64,000 nucleotides of DNA from Promethearchaeota archaeon (GCA_048938105.1 JBHLMN010000003.1:224001-288000); one strand, 5' to 3'. Numbered from the stretch's first letter, positions 1-9,786 are shown. Notes: generated by a model not told the origin, from the sequence alone. Translations and numbers: made by a program.

Positions 1-68
1 GCAGATATTCTTTCCGCACCAGCGGACTTCATAATTGCTTCAATTCGTGCTTTTGCAAATGTTGCCAT
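1..68 (-). CDS. Archaeal histone (HMf family), 5' part; runs off the window
   Basis: Manual translation MATFAKARIEAIMKSAGAERISA matches the HMf helix1-loop1 pattern (…IIKDAGAERVS). GGTGA RBS at 76-80 and TATA-like TAAATATA at 109-116 (minus). Absent from the ORF track. Confidence 0.85.
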   Translation of the reverse strand, partial: MATFAKARIEAIMKSAGAERIS

Positions 69-121
69 TTTCCTTTCACCTTTTCTACAGTTTTAACAAT
101 TTTTCGAATATATTTACATTT

Positions 122-376
122 GGGCATTTCTACAGAATGAGTTTTGTAGAAAGTCTAGATCATTCAATCTTTCATCAGTTTAAAAGGTTTTACTTTCTAA
201 ATTGAAAATATGACTGTTGACGTGTTACTAGACAATTCATTCGCAACGGTAAAAATGCTATTGAAGTAGTACTTCCGATAACATGAAGTAAATTGACTTT
301 ATCTTTGATGGGTCTCTCTTCTAAAAAACATGGTTATCCCATGCTTTTATATCTCATCCTTTCTACGGTTTTACTT
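122..376 (-). mobile_element. Decayed miniature derivative of an IS1341/tnpB element (left end plus omegaRNA/right-end remnant)
   Basis: Four blocks collinear with the element at 5285-6667: left-end-like 351-377, HADxNAA-like coding remnant ~260-285, CGTCAAYAGTC motif 209-222, and right-end hairpin 130-149 with compensatory changes. Confidence 0.45.
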
Positions 377-706
377 GAAATCTAAGGGAGAGGAAAGGAT
401 TTAATTCAAAAATCTCTAGTTTTTATATGAATCGGCCAGGAATATGCGTTACAAAAATGTTTATATACGCATTAACTCAAAGATTAATATTTTACTCATG
501 TTGAACACAAATAGAGCTGCAACTAAGTAAGGTCAGTTCCTTTATAATTTTTCACAAACATTAAATACTCGTAATCAGAAAGTTCTGCTTTCATTCAGTG
601 AATATATTCTAGGATGATATCAAAATTAATTTATTTTGATGTTAATCGTGTTTGGACACTCGATTTAGTATTTGACTATGGAATGATTTACTAGATAGGT
701 GAACAA

Positions 707-1921
707 ATGAAATTCTCGAATATTGATAAAGTGCTTTTCAGCGTTTTTGCAATCCTGATTGTAGGTTATGGATTTTTTAAAGAATCTCTTGATCCATTTC
801 TATTAATAGTATTCATGCTTATCGGATTAGGGATTGCAATTCTAGCTTCTGAAAAAGCAGTTGGAGGAATGGAGATTCTGGGCAAAAAACTTGGCCTCAC
901 ACCCTATGTGTCTGGTGTATTATCTAGTTTAGCCAGTAATACCCCAGAGTTAGCGATTGGTGCCTTCGCAATTTTAAGTGGGAAAGTTGAGTTCGCCATT
1001 GCGTTTATTATTATCGCCACTGGATTTAATATTCTCATGTTAGGAGTATTAATAATAATTGGCAATGTTAAGAGGAAAGCAGCAATTATAATCCCTGAGG
1101 AGGTTGTTGAAATTGAAGTACCAATTGTAAGAGTAGCAATTGTAATTGTCGGAGCCATTTTTGTATATGGAATTGTATTATTCGCTCTCGAAGTTTTTGA
1201 AATAGCGACCACCCCTCAGGGTGTTCATACTGTACCTTTCTTACCCTATGAAGCAAATGTCATCATGGTTGTTGTCTACCTATTTTATTTATTCTTCATT
1301 TTGAGACATAATCTTCAGAAAAAGGTACAAACAATTACTGAGCAACAAAAAGGAGAATCTCATATCACTGAACCCTCAATCAGTCGAAATTTTTTAATTA
1401 GTGTGTTAATTTTAGCTTTCGTTATGATCTTTTTTGCTGGTGAAATGATTTCTTCTTCTGTTGAACTCTTTCTTGAGCAATCTCACATGGTTGGGCTTGA
1501 GCTAAATGAATTCCAGCTTGCATTTTTCATTGGTGCTGCTGCCTCAATTCCAGAACATGCCATTGCCCTTCTTGCAGTAAAGCATGAAGGAGGGATTGAG
1601 CTAGGATTAGGAAATCTAATTGCAGGGAGTATGCAGAATCTTTTATTGATGACTGGATTAATATCTCTTTTCTCATTCATTGCATCGTTAATTGGAATAA
1701 GTGGTAATGACCCAAGGGGTATTCCACTTGTTCATGAAATTGCGGGAGAAGTTCCCATACCATTCCTTTTAGTTCAATTTGGTTTCGCTTGGTTACTATT
1801 ATTTTTAATAAAGTCATCTATGACTGATGATAGACGCTTAGACATATATGAGGGGTTTACTATCACAGTTGCTCAATTATTTGTCTTTATTATTTTCCTA
1901 CGTGGAATTCTAGCTTTTTGA
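707..1921 (+). CDS. CaCA family Ca2+/cation exchanger
   Basis: About 11 TM helices; alpha-repeat motifs LASNTPELA and AASIPEHA; GLGNLIAGS. Confidence 0.85.
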   Translation: MKFSNIDKVLFSVFAILIVGYGFFKESLDPFLLIVFMLIGLGIAILASEKAVGGMEILGKKLGLTPYVSGVLSSLASNTPELAIGAFAILSGKVEFAIAFIIIATGFNILMLGVLIIIGNVKRKAAIIIPEEVVEIEVPIVRVAIVIVGAIFVYGIVLFALEVFEIATTPQGVHTVPFLPYEANVIMVVVYLFYLFFILRHNLQKKVQTITEQQKGESHITEPSISRNFLISVLILAFVMIFFAGEMISSSVELFLEQSHMVGLELNEFQLAFFIGAAASIPEHAIALLAVKHEGGIELGLGNLIAGSMQNLLLMTGLISLFSFIASLIGISGNDPRGIPLVHEIAGEVPIPFLLVQFGFAWLLLFLIKSSMTDDRRLDIYEGFTITVAQLFVFIIFLRGILAF

Positions 1922-1948
1922 CATTTAGAATAGCAGAGAATATATTCT

Positions 1949-4732
1949 TCATTTAACTATAATTGGTTGAGAACGATCAGCAACTTTAGATTGAGCTAAT
2001 TTTATAAGATCTAGAATAACAATCCCAATTATAACTACAATGAAGATTGTCACCCAATGTCCTAATGACAACGCTACAAAACCAAATATCTGTGCCAATG
2101 GTCTAACATACAAGATAAACAGATGAAGTATAAACGCACTAGAAACAGCTGCTAACAGGTATAAGTTATTAAAGGCGTTAGTGAGGAATATACTCTTTCC
2201 TTCAGGAGTCCTTGAGACAAAAACTTGGAATAATTCAAATACAACAGAGACAGTCAAAGCCAAAGTTCTAGCGAGTGCAAGTGTTTCAGGATTTTCTAGA
2301 GCAGCTGGATCGAATTGTAAGAAAAACAACATAGTTGCCAGAAAAGAAATAATCCCTGCAGCTAAAGAAAAGATTAGGATTTCCCCAAACATGTTACTTT
2401 TGCGTCCCCTAGGCTTTTGATTCATAACATCAGGATCTCCTGGATCAATTGAAAGAGCAAGGGCTGGAAGACCATCAGTGAGTAAATTGATCCATAAAAT
2501 ACCTAAAGCTAAATAAGGAGAGGGAAGGCCTAGTAAAACCGTTGCTGTGAAGACAACAAGTATCTCGTCAAAGTTAGAGCTTAGTAAATACCTAATAAAC
2601 TTCTTCATATTATCATAGATGGTACGGCCTTCTTCTACAGCTGATACAATCGTAGCAAAATTATCGTCCATAAGTACCATGTCACTTGCTTCACGTGCCA
2701 CGTCTGTACCAGTTATTCCCATTGCTACACCAATATCAGCCTTTTTTAAAGCTGGAGCATCGTTTACGCCATCACCTGTCATTGCAACAACTAAACCAAA
2801 CTCATCTTGGAGTGTTTCTACGATTCTTCGCTTAATACTAGGAGAAGCACGTGCACACACGTCTAGATCTTTTAAAACTTCAATAAACTCTTCATCACTC
2901 ATTGCTTCAAGTTCTGACGAAGTATGAGCCAAATAAAAAGCATCTTCATATGGTTTCAAATCCAAAGATTTAGCTATGGCTAAAGCGGTATCTAACTGGT
3001 CTCCAGTAATCATAATTATTCTAATTCCTGCATTTTTACACTTCATAATTGCTTCCTCCACTTCTAACCTTGGTGGATCTACCTGCCCTACTAATCCAAT
3101 AAAGGTCATGTTTGTTTCAACAATATCTTCAGTAAAATCCGTTAAATCATTCGAAAGGTTTCTTTGAGCCAATCCTAATACACGAAAAGCGCGGCCTCCT
3201 AATTCTTTATTAGCTTCAGAAATTTCTTCACGTAGTTTATCATCGAGGGGCACCACAGAATCTCCTATGAGAATATGGGAACAATGATTCAAGACTATGA
3301 GAGGAGATCCTTTCATGAATGCCCAAGTTTCTTCCAAATTTGGTCTCTTTCTACTATAGACCATTGTCATACGTTTGCGATCACTATCAAAGAAAATTTC
3401 ACCATCTTTTTTTAATTCGTACCCAGCTTCCCAGCGGTCCATGAATGCAGCTTTCATGGCTGCTACCACGAGAGCTCCTTCCGTTGGGTCTCCTTCACAT
3501 GACCATTCATTTGTCTTTGATGAATAATTGATCGATGAGGTATTACATAATGCACCAGCTTTTAGAGATTGATATAGATCTGTATGTTCTTGTACATTCA
3601 ATTTAACTTCCTTTTCCATGTGAATGAAATTTCCTCGTGGAAGATAACCAGTTCCAGTCACCTCGACAAACCCTAACGCTGGTGTCCAAATACGCTGAAC
3701 AGTCATTTTATTCTGAGTAAGAGTTCCCGTTTTGTCTGTGCATATTACCTCGACTGAACCTAACGTTTCTACTGCAGGTAATTTTCTGATTACAGCTTTT
3801 TTTCGAGCCATTCGCTGTACCCCAATAGCTAATGTTAGTGTAATAGCGGCAGCTAATCCTTCAGGAACCGCCGAAACTGCAAGAGCAATCGCTGTTTCCA
3901 CTACTTCAATCATATTTTCTTCAATTCTATCTAATTGAGCTAGTAGTACAATACAAACAACTACTAATACAATAATACCTAGAATCTTTCCTAATTTAGA
4001 TAATTGAATTTGTAAAGGTGTTTCTTGTTCTTCAGTTTCGATTGTAGATTGTGCAATCTTCCCCATCTCAGTTTTCATACCGGTATTTACAACAATCGCT
4101 TTTCCTCTACCCTTAACAGTAGTAGTACCCATGAAAGCAGTATTGGTTCGATCTGCAATAGGAATCCTTTCATCACTGATAGGAGCTGTTGTCTTATTTA
4201 CTGGTACTGACTCCCCAGTAAGAAGACCCTCCTCTACTCTGAGACGACTAGCTTCAATAATTCGTCCATCAGCAGCAATAGTCTCTCCCTCATACATCAT
4301 TAAAATATCTCCAGGAACGAGATTTTGAACAACAATCCGATTTTCCTTACCATCCCGAATTACTAAGGTATCATCCCCAGTGAGCTCCTTCAGCTTTTCA
4401 AGAGCGGCTTCTGCACGATATTCCTGTATAAAACCCAAGACTCCATTTAATAATACTATAATTACAATAATCAATGCTTCAATGAATTCACCAAAAAGAA
4501 TCGAAACCAAAGTTGCTCCCAGAAGTAATAAAACAATAAAATCCTTGAATTGGAGAAGAAACATTTTGAGAGGAGATACTTTTTCCCCGGATACTAATTC
4601 GTTTGGCCCATATTCTGTTAACCGTCTTTGAGCTTCTTCTGTAGATAACCCATTTTCAAGGTTTGTATTCAAATCTTTAGCAATAGTTTCAATACTTAAT
4701 GAGTGAAATGAGCTCACCATAACCAATACCAA
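1949..4732 (-). CDS. P-type Ca2+-transporting ATPase (type IIA, SERCA-like)
   Basis: TGES, PEGL, DKTGTLT, GDGVNDAPAL, SSNFDE, WINLLTDG motifs. Probable start is ATG at 4720. Confidence 0.95.
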   Translation of the reverse strand: MVLVMVSSFHSLSIETIAKDLNTNLENGLSTEEAQRRLTEYGPNELVSGEKVSPLKMFLLQFKDFIVLLLLGATLVSILFGEFIEALIIVIIVLLNGVLGFIQEYRAEAALEKLKELTGDDTLVIRDGKENRIVVQNLVPGDILMMYEGETIAADGRIIEASRLRVEEGLLTGESVPVNKTTAPISDERIPIADRTNTAFMGTTTVKGRGKAIVVNTGMKTEMGKIAQSTIETEEQETPLQIQLSKLGKILGIIVLVVVCIVLLAQLDRIEENMIEVVETAIALAVSAVPEGLAAAITLTLAIGVQRMARKKAVIRKLPAVETLGSVEVICTDKTGTLTQNKMTVQRIWTPALGFVEVTGTGYLPRGNFIHMEKEVKLNVQEHTDLYQSLKAGALCNTSSINYSSKTNEWSCEGDPTEGALVVAAMKAAFMDRWEAGYELKKDGEIFFDSDRKRMTMVYSRKRPNLEETWAFMKGSPLIVLNHCSHILIGDSVVPLDDKLREEISEANKELGGRAFRVLGLAQRNLSNDLTDFTEDIVETNMTFIGLVGQVDPPRLEVEEAIMKCKNAGIRIIMITGDQLDTALAIAKSLDLKPYEDAFYLAHTSSELEAMSDEEFIEVLKDLDVCARASPSIKRRIVETLQDEFGLVVAMTGDGVNDAPALKKADIGVAMGITGTDVAREASDMVLMDDNFATIVSAVEEGRTIYDNMKKFIRYLLSSNFDEILVVFTATVLLGLPSPYLALGILWINLLTDGLPALALSIDPGDPDVMNQKPRGRKSNMFGEILIFSLAAGIISFLATMLFFLQFDPAALENPETLALARTLALTVSVVFELFQVFVSRTPEGKSIFLTNAFNNLYLLAAVSSAFILHLFILYVRPLAQIFGFVALSLGHWVTIFIVVIIGIVILDLIKLAQSKVADRSQPIIVK

Positions 4733-4824
4733 CTGTAATTAATCATGATATCTCATAGATTTATATTAGTTGATTTTCAAGAATACTAAAGATACAAAAT
4801 TCAAAGAATAAGTAAAATATCAAG

Positions 4825-5229
4825 GTGTTAGATATGGAAGAAGCTCGTATTAATACAGAAAAACGATCAGAACTCCTAGATATTACTCAGAATATTAATA
4901 ACTTAATTCCTAAGGATATGAATTCAGGTATTTGTGTTATTTATGTCCCGCATACTACTGCAGGAATTATGATCAATGAGGGTGCCGACCCAAGTGTTCA
5001 AAAAGATATTCTCAATCAATTGGATCAGCTGATTCCTTGGGATCAACCTTTCTTTCGTCATTTAGAAGGTAATTCTGCTGCTCACATTAAAGCCTCATTA
5101 GTTGGAAATTCTGTCACTATTTTGGTGGAAAATAGTCATTTACAGTTAGGAACTTGGCAAAAAATCTTTTTTGCAGAATTTGATGGCCCACGTCGTAGGA
5201 GGGTATATATCACTTTTATCCACCAATGA
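4825..5229 (+). CDS. yjbQ: YjbQ/UPF0047 family protein
   Basis: PHTTAG, INEGADP, HLEGNSAAHIK, LGTWQ, EFDGPR motifs. Confidence 0.93.
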   Translation: MLDMEEARINTEKRSELLDITQNINNLIPKDMNSGICVIYVPHTTAGIMINEGADPSVQKDILNQLDQLIPWDQPFFRHLEGNSAAHIKASLVGNSVTILVENSHLQLGTWQKIFFAEFDGPRRRRVYITFIHQ

Positions 5230-5264
5230 AAAACAAGCTTCTGGAAATATTGGTTGAAATAATT

Positions 5265-5420
5265 AATTAGATATTGATTACTTTGTCAATGACCACTGAA
5301 TGAGTTTAGTGGCTTGTAGCTAGCACTTCCCTCTGACTCAATAAGGCAATTGTTTCAGTTAGGGGGAGTACCGCTACATTAGGACTATTGACGGAAGCCC
5401 TCCCGATCAAGGCTTTACCA
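5265..5420 (-). ncRNA. Predicted omegaRNA (reRNA) overlapping the tnpB 3' end, with guide from the flank (AAAGTAATCAATATCTAATT)
   Basis: Established TnpB architecture; low-information C-terminal tail after RuvC-III; terminal hairpin. Boundaries are approximate. Confidence 0.55.
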
Positions 5421-6667
5421 AAATCGGATAGGTTGCGAGCAGCATTAAGATCAGCATGGAGTGGGAAGTAGCATTCACGACAGCAAAAGTGGGATGAGGA
5501 AGGGCGATTAGTTTTCGAAATATAGCCACATCGTGAACATCTTTGAGAAGTGTGCCGTGGATTGACAAACATAATGGTCTTCCCAACTTTTTCGACTCGT
5601 TCAATAAGAAATTGCTCGAGTTGATAATAAGCCCAGTTGCCAAACTGACGACGAAGCTTTTTTGGTACATTTTTCTTCTTCTTACTGTGCTGCTTAAGAC
5701 CATGAAGATTTTCTAATACAATACAAGAATATGGCATGTTACAAATCCATTTTGCTATCTTACGGTTCTCATCAGTCATAAACCGTCTTTCTCTGCCGCA
5801 AACTCGCTTTAATTTGCGTTTAGCGGATCGAGTGCCTTTTGACTGCAGCTTCTTTCGGAATAGTTGATATTTCCATTTGACCGCAAGGATGTGGTTGGTG
5901 GGATAAAAACTGTTATTCGAACAGACGGCAACTCGTTTGATACCTCGGTCAACTCCCAGGAAGGAGGATTGATTTTCCACAGGAACATCAGGCAACTTTA
6001 TCGTAAAATACGCGATGATTTTTTTCCTTCTCTTGTTGTAATACAACGTCAAAGAGGTGATCCTCCCCTTAAGATACTGTTGAAAATATTTAGGAATGAA
6101 TAATTGCAGCTTCTTCCGACCCACAAGAGTACTGATAGAAATTGTCCCACTTGCTAAAAATGGAGTGAATGTCCGTTGATTATATCGAACACCGCTGAAA
6201 GGTCTTTTAAGAGGTTTTTTATGCATGAATTTCTCCCTTTTGAGCATGTCCGAAGCCATGTCTCTAGCACATTGGATTAACGAAGATTGTAACTTGGGAT
6301 ACGTTGCACGCAAGTCATGATAAGAAATTTCATGGAGTCTGTTCTTATGATAGGTTTTTGTTGCCCACCCAATGTCGATTACTCGCTGGACAGCCTTATT
6401 ATAAACCCTGATGGTTTCTAATAAGTCAGAGTCAGCTGGTAATGGACATTGAATAGTACGTTGCATTGCTGATTACTGACCTGTCATTGCAGTATTTAAC
6501 TTTTGATTAAACCTTCTTCCAAGTATTTGTCTTTTCTTTTCTGATCATCTTGTTCCCTGTTTCACCTCTTCACTCTATTCCCCTTTATTCCCTAAGAGGG
6601 CTTGCTTCTATTATTGTAAAAGTTTTCTATCATAATTCCTCCTCCGTATGAATTCGGGATTTTCCTT
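5285..6667 (-). mobile_element. IS200/IS605-superfamily element of IS1341 type (tnpB only, no tnpA)
   Basis: Left-end motif AAGGAAAATCCCG…CGGAGGAGGAAT preceded by TTAC (6668-6671, minus). Right-end hairpin 5293-5312 followed by TCATTGAC. Only ~200 bp between left end and tnpB start. Confidence 0.7.
5306..6466 (-). CDS. tnpB: RNA-guided endonuclease TnpB
   Basis: RuvC-I GVDRG, RuvC-II VLENL, Zn finger CSRC…CREC, RuvC-III HADLNAARNL. Confidence 0.95.
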   Translation of the reverse strand: MQRTIQCPLPADSDLLETIRVYNKAVQRVIDIGWATKTYHKNRLHEISYHDLRATYPKLQSSLIQCARDMASDMLKREKFMHKKPLKRPFSGVRYNQRTFTPFLASGTISISTLVGRKKLQLFIPKYFQQYLKGRITSLTLYYNKRRKKIIAYFTIKLPDVPVENQSSFLGVDRGIKRVAVCSNNSFYPTNHILAVKWKYQLFRKKLQSKGTRSAKRKLKRVCGRERRFMTDENRKIAKWICNMPYSCIVLENLHGLKQHSKKKKNVPKKLRRQFGNWAYYQLEQFLIERVEKVGKTIMFVNPRHTSQRCSRCGYISKTNRPSSSHFCCRECYFPLHADLNAARNLSDFGKALIGRASVNSPNVAVLPLTETIALLSQREVLATSH

Positions 6668-6777
6668 GTAACTTTCTTATGAAAAGAAGCGAAACATTTT
6701 TTTGTCAAAGAACGATGAGAATTAAATCAGTATTACAAATTCTATAGATTTAAAAACGTTTTAGGATTGGAATTAAT

Positions 6778-7065
6778 ATGTCACTCCGCGAATTACTAAC
6801 TGATGATACAGAAGAATTCCCAGTCAGTAAAACAATAAAGGTAGTTGCTGCTAAACGTCTAGCGAAAACCGCATCTTGGCTTAAAGCTGTTGTATTAGTA
6901 GAAACAGGTGGAGGAAAACACCAGATTCGACTATACGGTTGGCAAAAGAATAAAGCTGGTGAGTGGAAAGTTAGACAGAAGTTCAATATATCAAAAGGTT
7001 ATTCAGATAAGCTTGCGCAAATATTCCAGGCGTTCAGCGAATTCAAAGAATCTTCATCTGAATGA
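6778..7065 (+). CDS. Small basic hypothetical protein, possible PC4/Whirly-like ssDNA-binding fold
   Basis: Beta-strand run VVLVE…IRLYGWQKNKAGEWKVRQKFNIS followed by a C-terminal helix. Confidence 0.7.
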   Translation: MSLRELLTDDTEEFPVSKTIKVVAAKRLAKTASWLKAVVLVETGGGKHQIRLYGWQKNKAGEWKVRQKFNISKGYSDKLAQIFQAFSEFKESSSE

Positions 7066-7114
7066 TTAACGAAAAGATAGTATTGCTACAACAAAATAAG
7101 GATGGTTTCTTTTT

Positions 7115-8347
7115 ATGAAAGATTTAGTACAAATTCTGGCCACATTCGGTTATAATGAAGAAGAGACTGAACAAAACGAGATGGTACTTGATCTCATGGA
7201 TGAATTGTGTAAAAAAGAGATTGAACCATATGCTCAAGAGATGAATGAAACAGGGTGCAGGTTTGACGTTGAAACAGGAAAAGTAACCTACCCAGAACAG
7301 TCGTATAAAATTCTACAAAAACTCAGGGAAAATGATTTACTGGGACTAGCAATTCCAGAAGAGTTCGAAGGAGTGGGATTATCTTTCACGTTGACCAACG
7401 CATGTTATGAGCGGATTTCACGTGCAGATGCAGGAACCTCGTTGCTCTTTGGCCTACAAAACTCGTCGTATGATGTCATTGAGACATTTGGTACAGATGA
7501 AGCTAAAGAATATTATCTACCTAAATTAGCAAGTGGTGAACTAATTGGTGGTCTTCTTTTCACAGAACCTGGTGCAGGTTCTGATTTAGGATCATTAAAA
7601 ACAAAAGTTGTTGATGAAGGAGACCATTATGTCGTCAATGGAACGAAGAATTTCATATCAAATGCAGGTATTGCCAATACGTATCTCTTTCTAGGTTCTA
7701 CCTCTCCAGAAAAAGCTTCCAGAGGACTAACTGCATTTATCATTGAGACTGAAAACAATCCAGGATTCAAGATAACACGAATAGAAGAGAAATTAGGCCT
7801 TCACAGCAATGCTACAGCCGAAGTTTTACTTGATGGGGCTGTTATTCCTAAAAGAAATGTTTTAGGGAAAATCGATCGTGGTTTTAGTGTCGTTTTATAT
7901 GAATTATCAGCAGCAAGAATTGGGATTGGAGCTCAAGCAGTAGGTATTGCTGATGCAGCTTATCGAAAAGCAGCAACATATGTTAAGACCAGAAAGCAAT
8001 TTGGAAAAACAATCGAAAGTTTTCAGGCCACCCAATGGAAAGTTGCAGATCTTTACACGAAAATCCACACCGCACGACTGGCCTACCTTTCAGCAGCTCG
8101 AATGAAAGATTTGAAACAAGACTTTTCTGAGTATGCATGCATTGCCAAGCTTTACGGATCAGAAATGGCTCAAGAAGTAACAAGTGAAGCACTCCAAATG
8201 CATGGTGGATATGGATATATCAAAGAATATGATGTCGAGCGTTATTATCGAGATGTTAGAATTACGCCCATCTATGAGGGTACGAATGAGGTACAGCGAA
8301 TTGTGATTTCTCGTGCAGAAATGGGAAAAGATTATGCTCCAGAATAG
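7115..8347 (+). CDS. Acyl-CoA dehydrogenase (SCAD/MCAD-type catalytic Glu)
   Basis: FTEPGAGSD, NGTKNFISN, RKQFG, QMHGGYGY, IYEGTNEVQ. Confidence 0.95.
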   Translation: MKDLVQILATFGYNEEETEQNEMVLDLMDELCKKEIEPYAQEMNETGCRFDVETGKVTYPEQSYKILQKLRENDLLGLAIPEEFEGVGLSFTLTNACYERISRADAGTSLLFGLQNSSYDVIETFGTDEAKEYYLPKLASGELIGGLLFTEPGAGSDLGSLKTKVVDEGDHYVVNGTKNFISNAGIANTYLFLGSTSPEKASRGLTAFIIETENNPGFKITRIEEKLGLHSNATAEVLLDGAVIPKRNVLGKIDRGFSVVLYELSAARIGIGAQAVGIADAAYRKAATYVKTRKQFGKTIESFQATQWKVADLYTKIHTARLAYLSAARMKDLKQDFSEYACIAKLYGSEMAQEVTSEALQMHGGYGYIKEYDVERYYRDVRITPIYEGTNEVQRIVISRAEMGKDYAPE

Positions 8348-8424
8348 GAAAAAACTTTCCAATTTTTCTTTTTTTCTTCTACTTTAGAATTAAAAAAGAA
8401 ATCGTTAGATTTGATGTTTTAATA

Positions 8425-9180
8425 ATGTTATCTGCAGCTATAGAAAGCGGAACTACTTGTAAATGGTACGGTAGAATAATTAAATTTCCTGGTACAATTG
8501 CAAAAGGTAACTCTAAGAGAGAATTGATACAGAATCTCGACTCGGAAGTTAATGAGTATATCTTATGGTTAAAACACTATAACGAAGAGATTTCAATATC
8601 TATTGATGAAAAAATTGTTATTAAAGAAGAAGTTTTTAATGTCGCAGACCTTGGGGAATCTGGAGGAACTGTAGCTCTTTTTGAATTCGATAAACTACCT
8701 GTTACATCAAAAAAATTAAACTATTACTTCAGATTAATGGATTTTTCTCGTCAGTCCTTATTAGAACTCATTAATAAAATACCTGTAGATAGACTATCGG
8801 AGCAGTTACCCCATGGTAAACGAACTACTACTCAAATACTGACGCATATTGCTAATGCTGAAGAGTGGTATAAATCTAGATTAGGAAAAGAAGCAGATAT
8901 TTTATATGAAGAGTATGTTGGAATGCCTATTGATCGTCTAGACAAGAAACCTATTCTTGACCGACTTAAACATGTAAGAAAAGGTTGTATTTATGTACTG
9001 AAGAATCTGGGTATTCAAAAAGGAGCTAAAATCTTCACACGAGAATCTTATACAAACTACCCGAAAGAACAATGGTCCTTCAACAAAGTTTTACGACGTT
9101 TCATTGAACACGAACGAGAACATTTCTATTCGATTAGAAATTGGGTGAAAGAGAGTAAAAATAGTTTTTCAAACCCCTAG
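8425..9180 (+). CDS. HicB-like N-terminal domain fused to a DinB-family domain
   Basis: FPGTIAKGNSKRELIQNL (HicB-like); THIANAEEWY and RRFIEHEREH (DinB-like His ligands). Confidence 0.7.
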   Translation: MLSAAIESGTTCKWYGRIIKFPGTIAKGNSKRELIQNLDSEVNEYILWLKHYNEEISISIDEKIVIKEEVFNVADLGESGGTVALFEFDKLPVTSKKLNYYFRLMDFSRQSLLELINKIPVDRLSEQLPHGKRTTTQILTHIANAEEWYKSRLGKEADILYEEYVGMPIDRLDKKPILDRLKHVRKGCIYVLKNLGIQKGAKIFTRESYTNYPKEQWSFNKVLRRFIEHEREHFYSIRNWVKESKNSFSNP

Positions 9181-9182
9181 AC

Positions 9183-9749
9183 TTAACAGCTTTTCAATCT
9201 ACTTTTTTCTTCTTCAATTATAAACTGAAGATTTTTCTCATATATCTTGTAATCTGAAGAACTGAATAAAACAAAATGAACTTCTATAATAGAAGTTAAT
9301 GGTAGATTCTCAATTACTGTTGAAAGAGCTATTTTTGAGGCTTGTTCAATCGGAAACCTATATACCCCTGTTGAAATAGACGGGAAAGCTATGGATTTAA
9401 CTTCATATTCAGCTGCAAGAAGGAGAGAATTTCGATAACAATGTTTTAAAAGACTCTCCTCATTTTGATAACCTCCTCGCCAAATGGGCCCTGGTGTATG
9501 AATAACATACGTGGCCTTCATAAATCCCGCAGTTGTAATTCGAGCCTCTCCTGTTTTACACCCCTCAGGATATTTCTGGATACATTCCTGTAAGATTTCA
9601 GGCCCTCCTGCATTATGAATAGCCCCATCCACACCACCACCACCACGGAGGGATGTATTGGCTGCATTAACAATTACATCTGTTTCTTCTTTAGTAATAT
9701 CCCCTTGAATCAAACGAATAACCGTTGATCCGATCTTTGTTTCCAGCAC
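9183..9749 (-). CDS. Macrodomain O-acetyl-ADP-ribose deacetylase / mono-ADP-ribosylhydrolase (YmdB/MacroD type)
   Basis: GDIT, VNAAN, GGGGVDGAIH, FPSISTGVY. Confidence 0.95.
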   Translation of the reverse strand: MLETKIGSTVIRLIQGDITKEETDVIVNAANTSLRGGGGVDGAIHNAGGPEILQECIQKYPEGCKTGEARITTAGFMKATYVIHTPGPIWRGGYQNEESLLKHCYRNSLLLAAEYEVKSIAFPSISTGVYRFPIEQASKIALSTVIENLPLTSIIEVHFVLFSSSDYKIYEKNLQFIIEEEKSRLKSC

Positions 9750-9786
9750 AATCTCCTCAAAGGTTGATATTAACAGCTTGATTTGA

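Noticed and set aside
5230-6780. Cas12f-type CRISPR system around the TnpB-like gene
   Set aside because: No repeat-spacer array or cas genes nearby; IS-type ends explain the locus.
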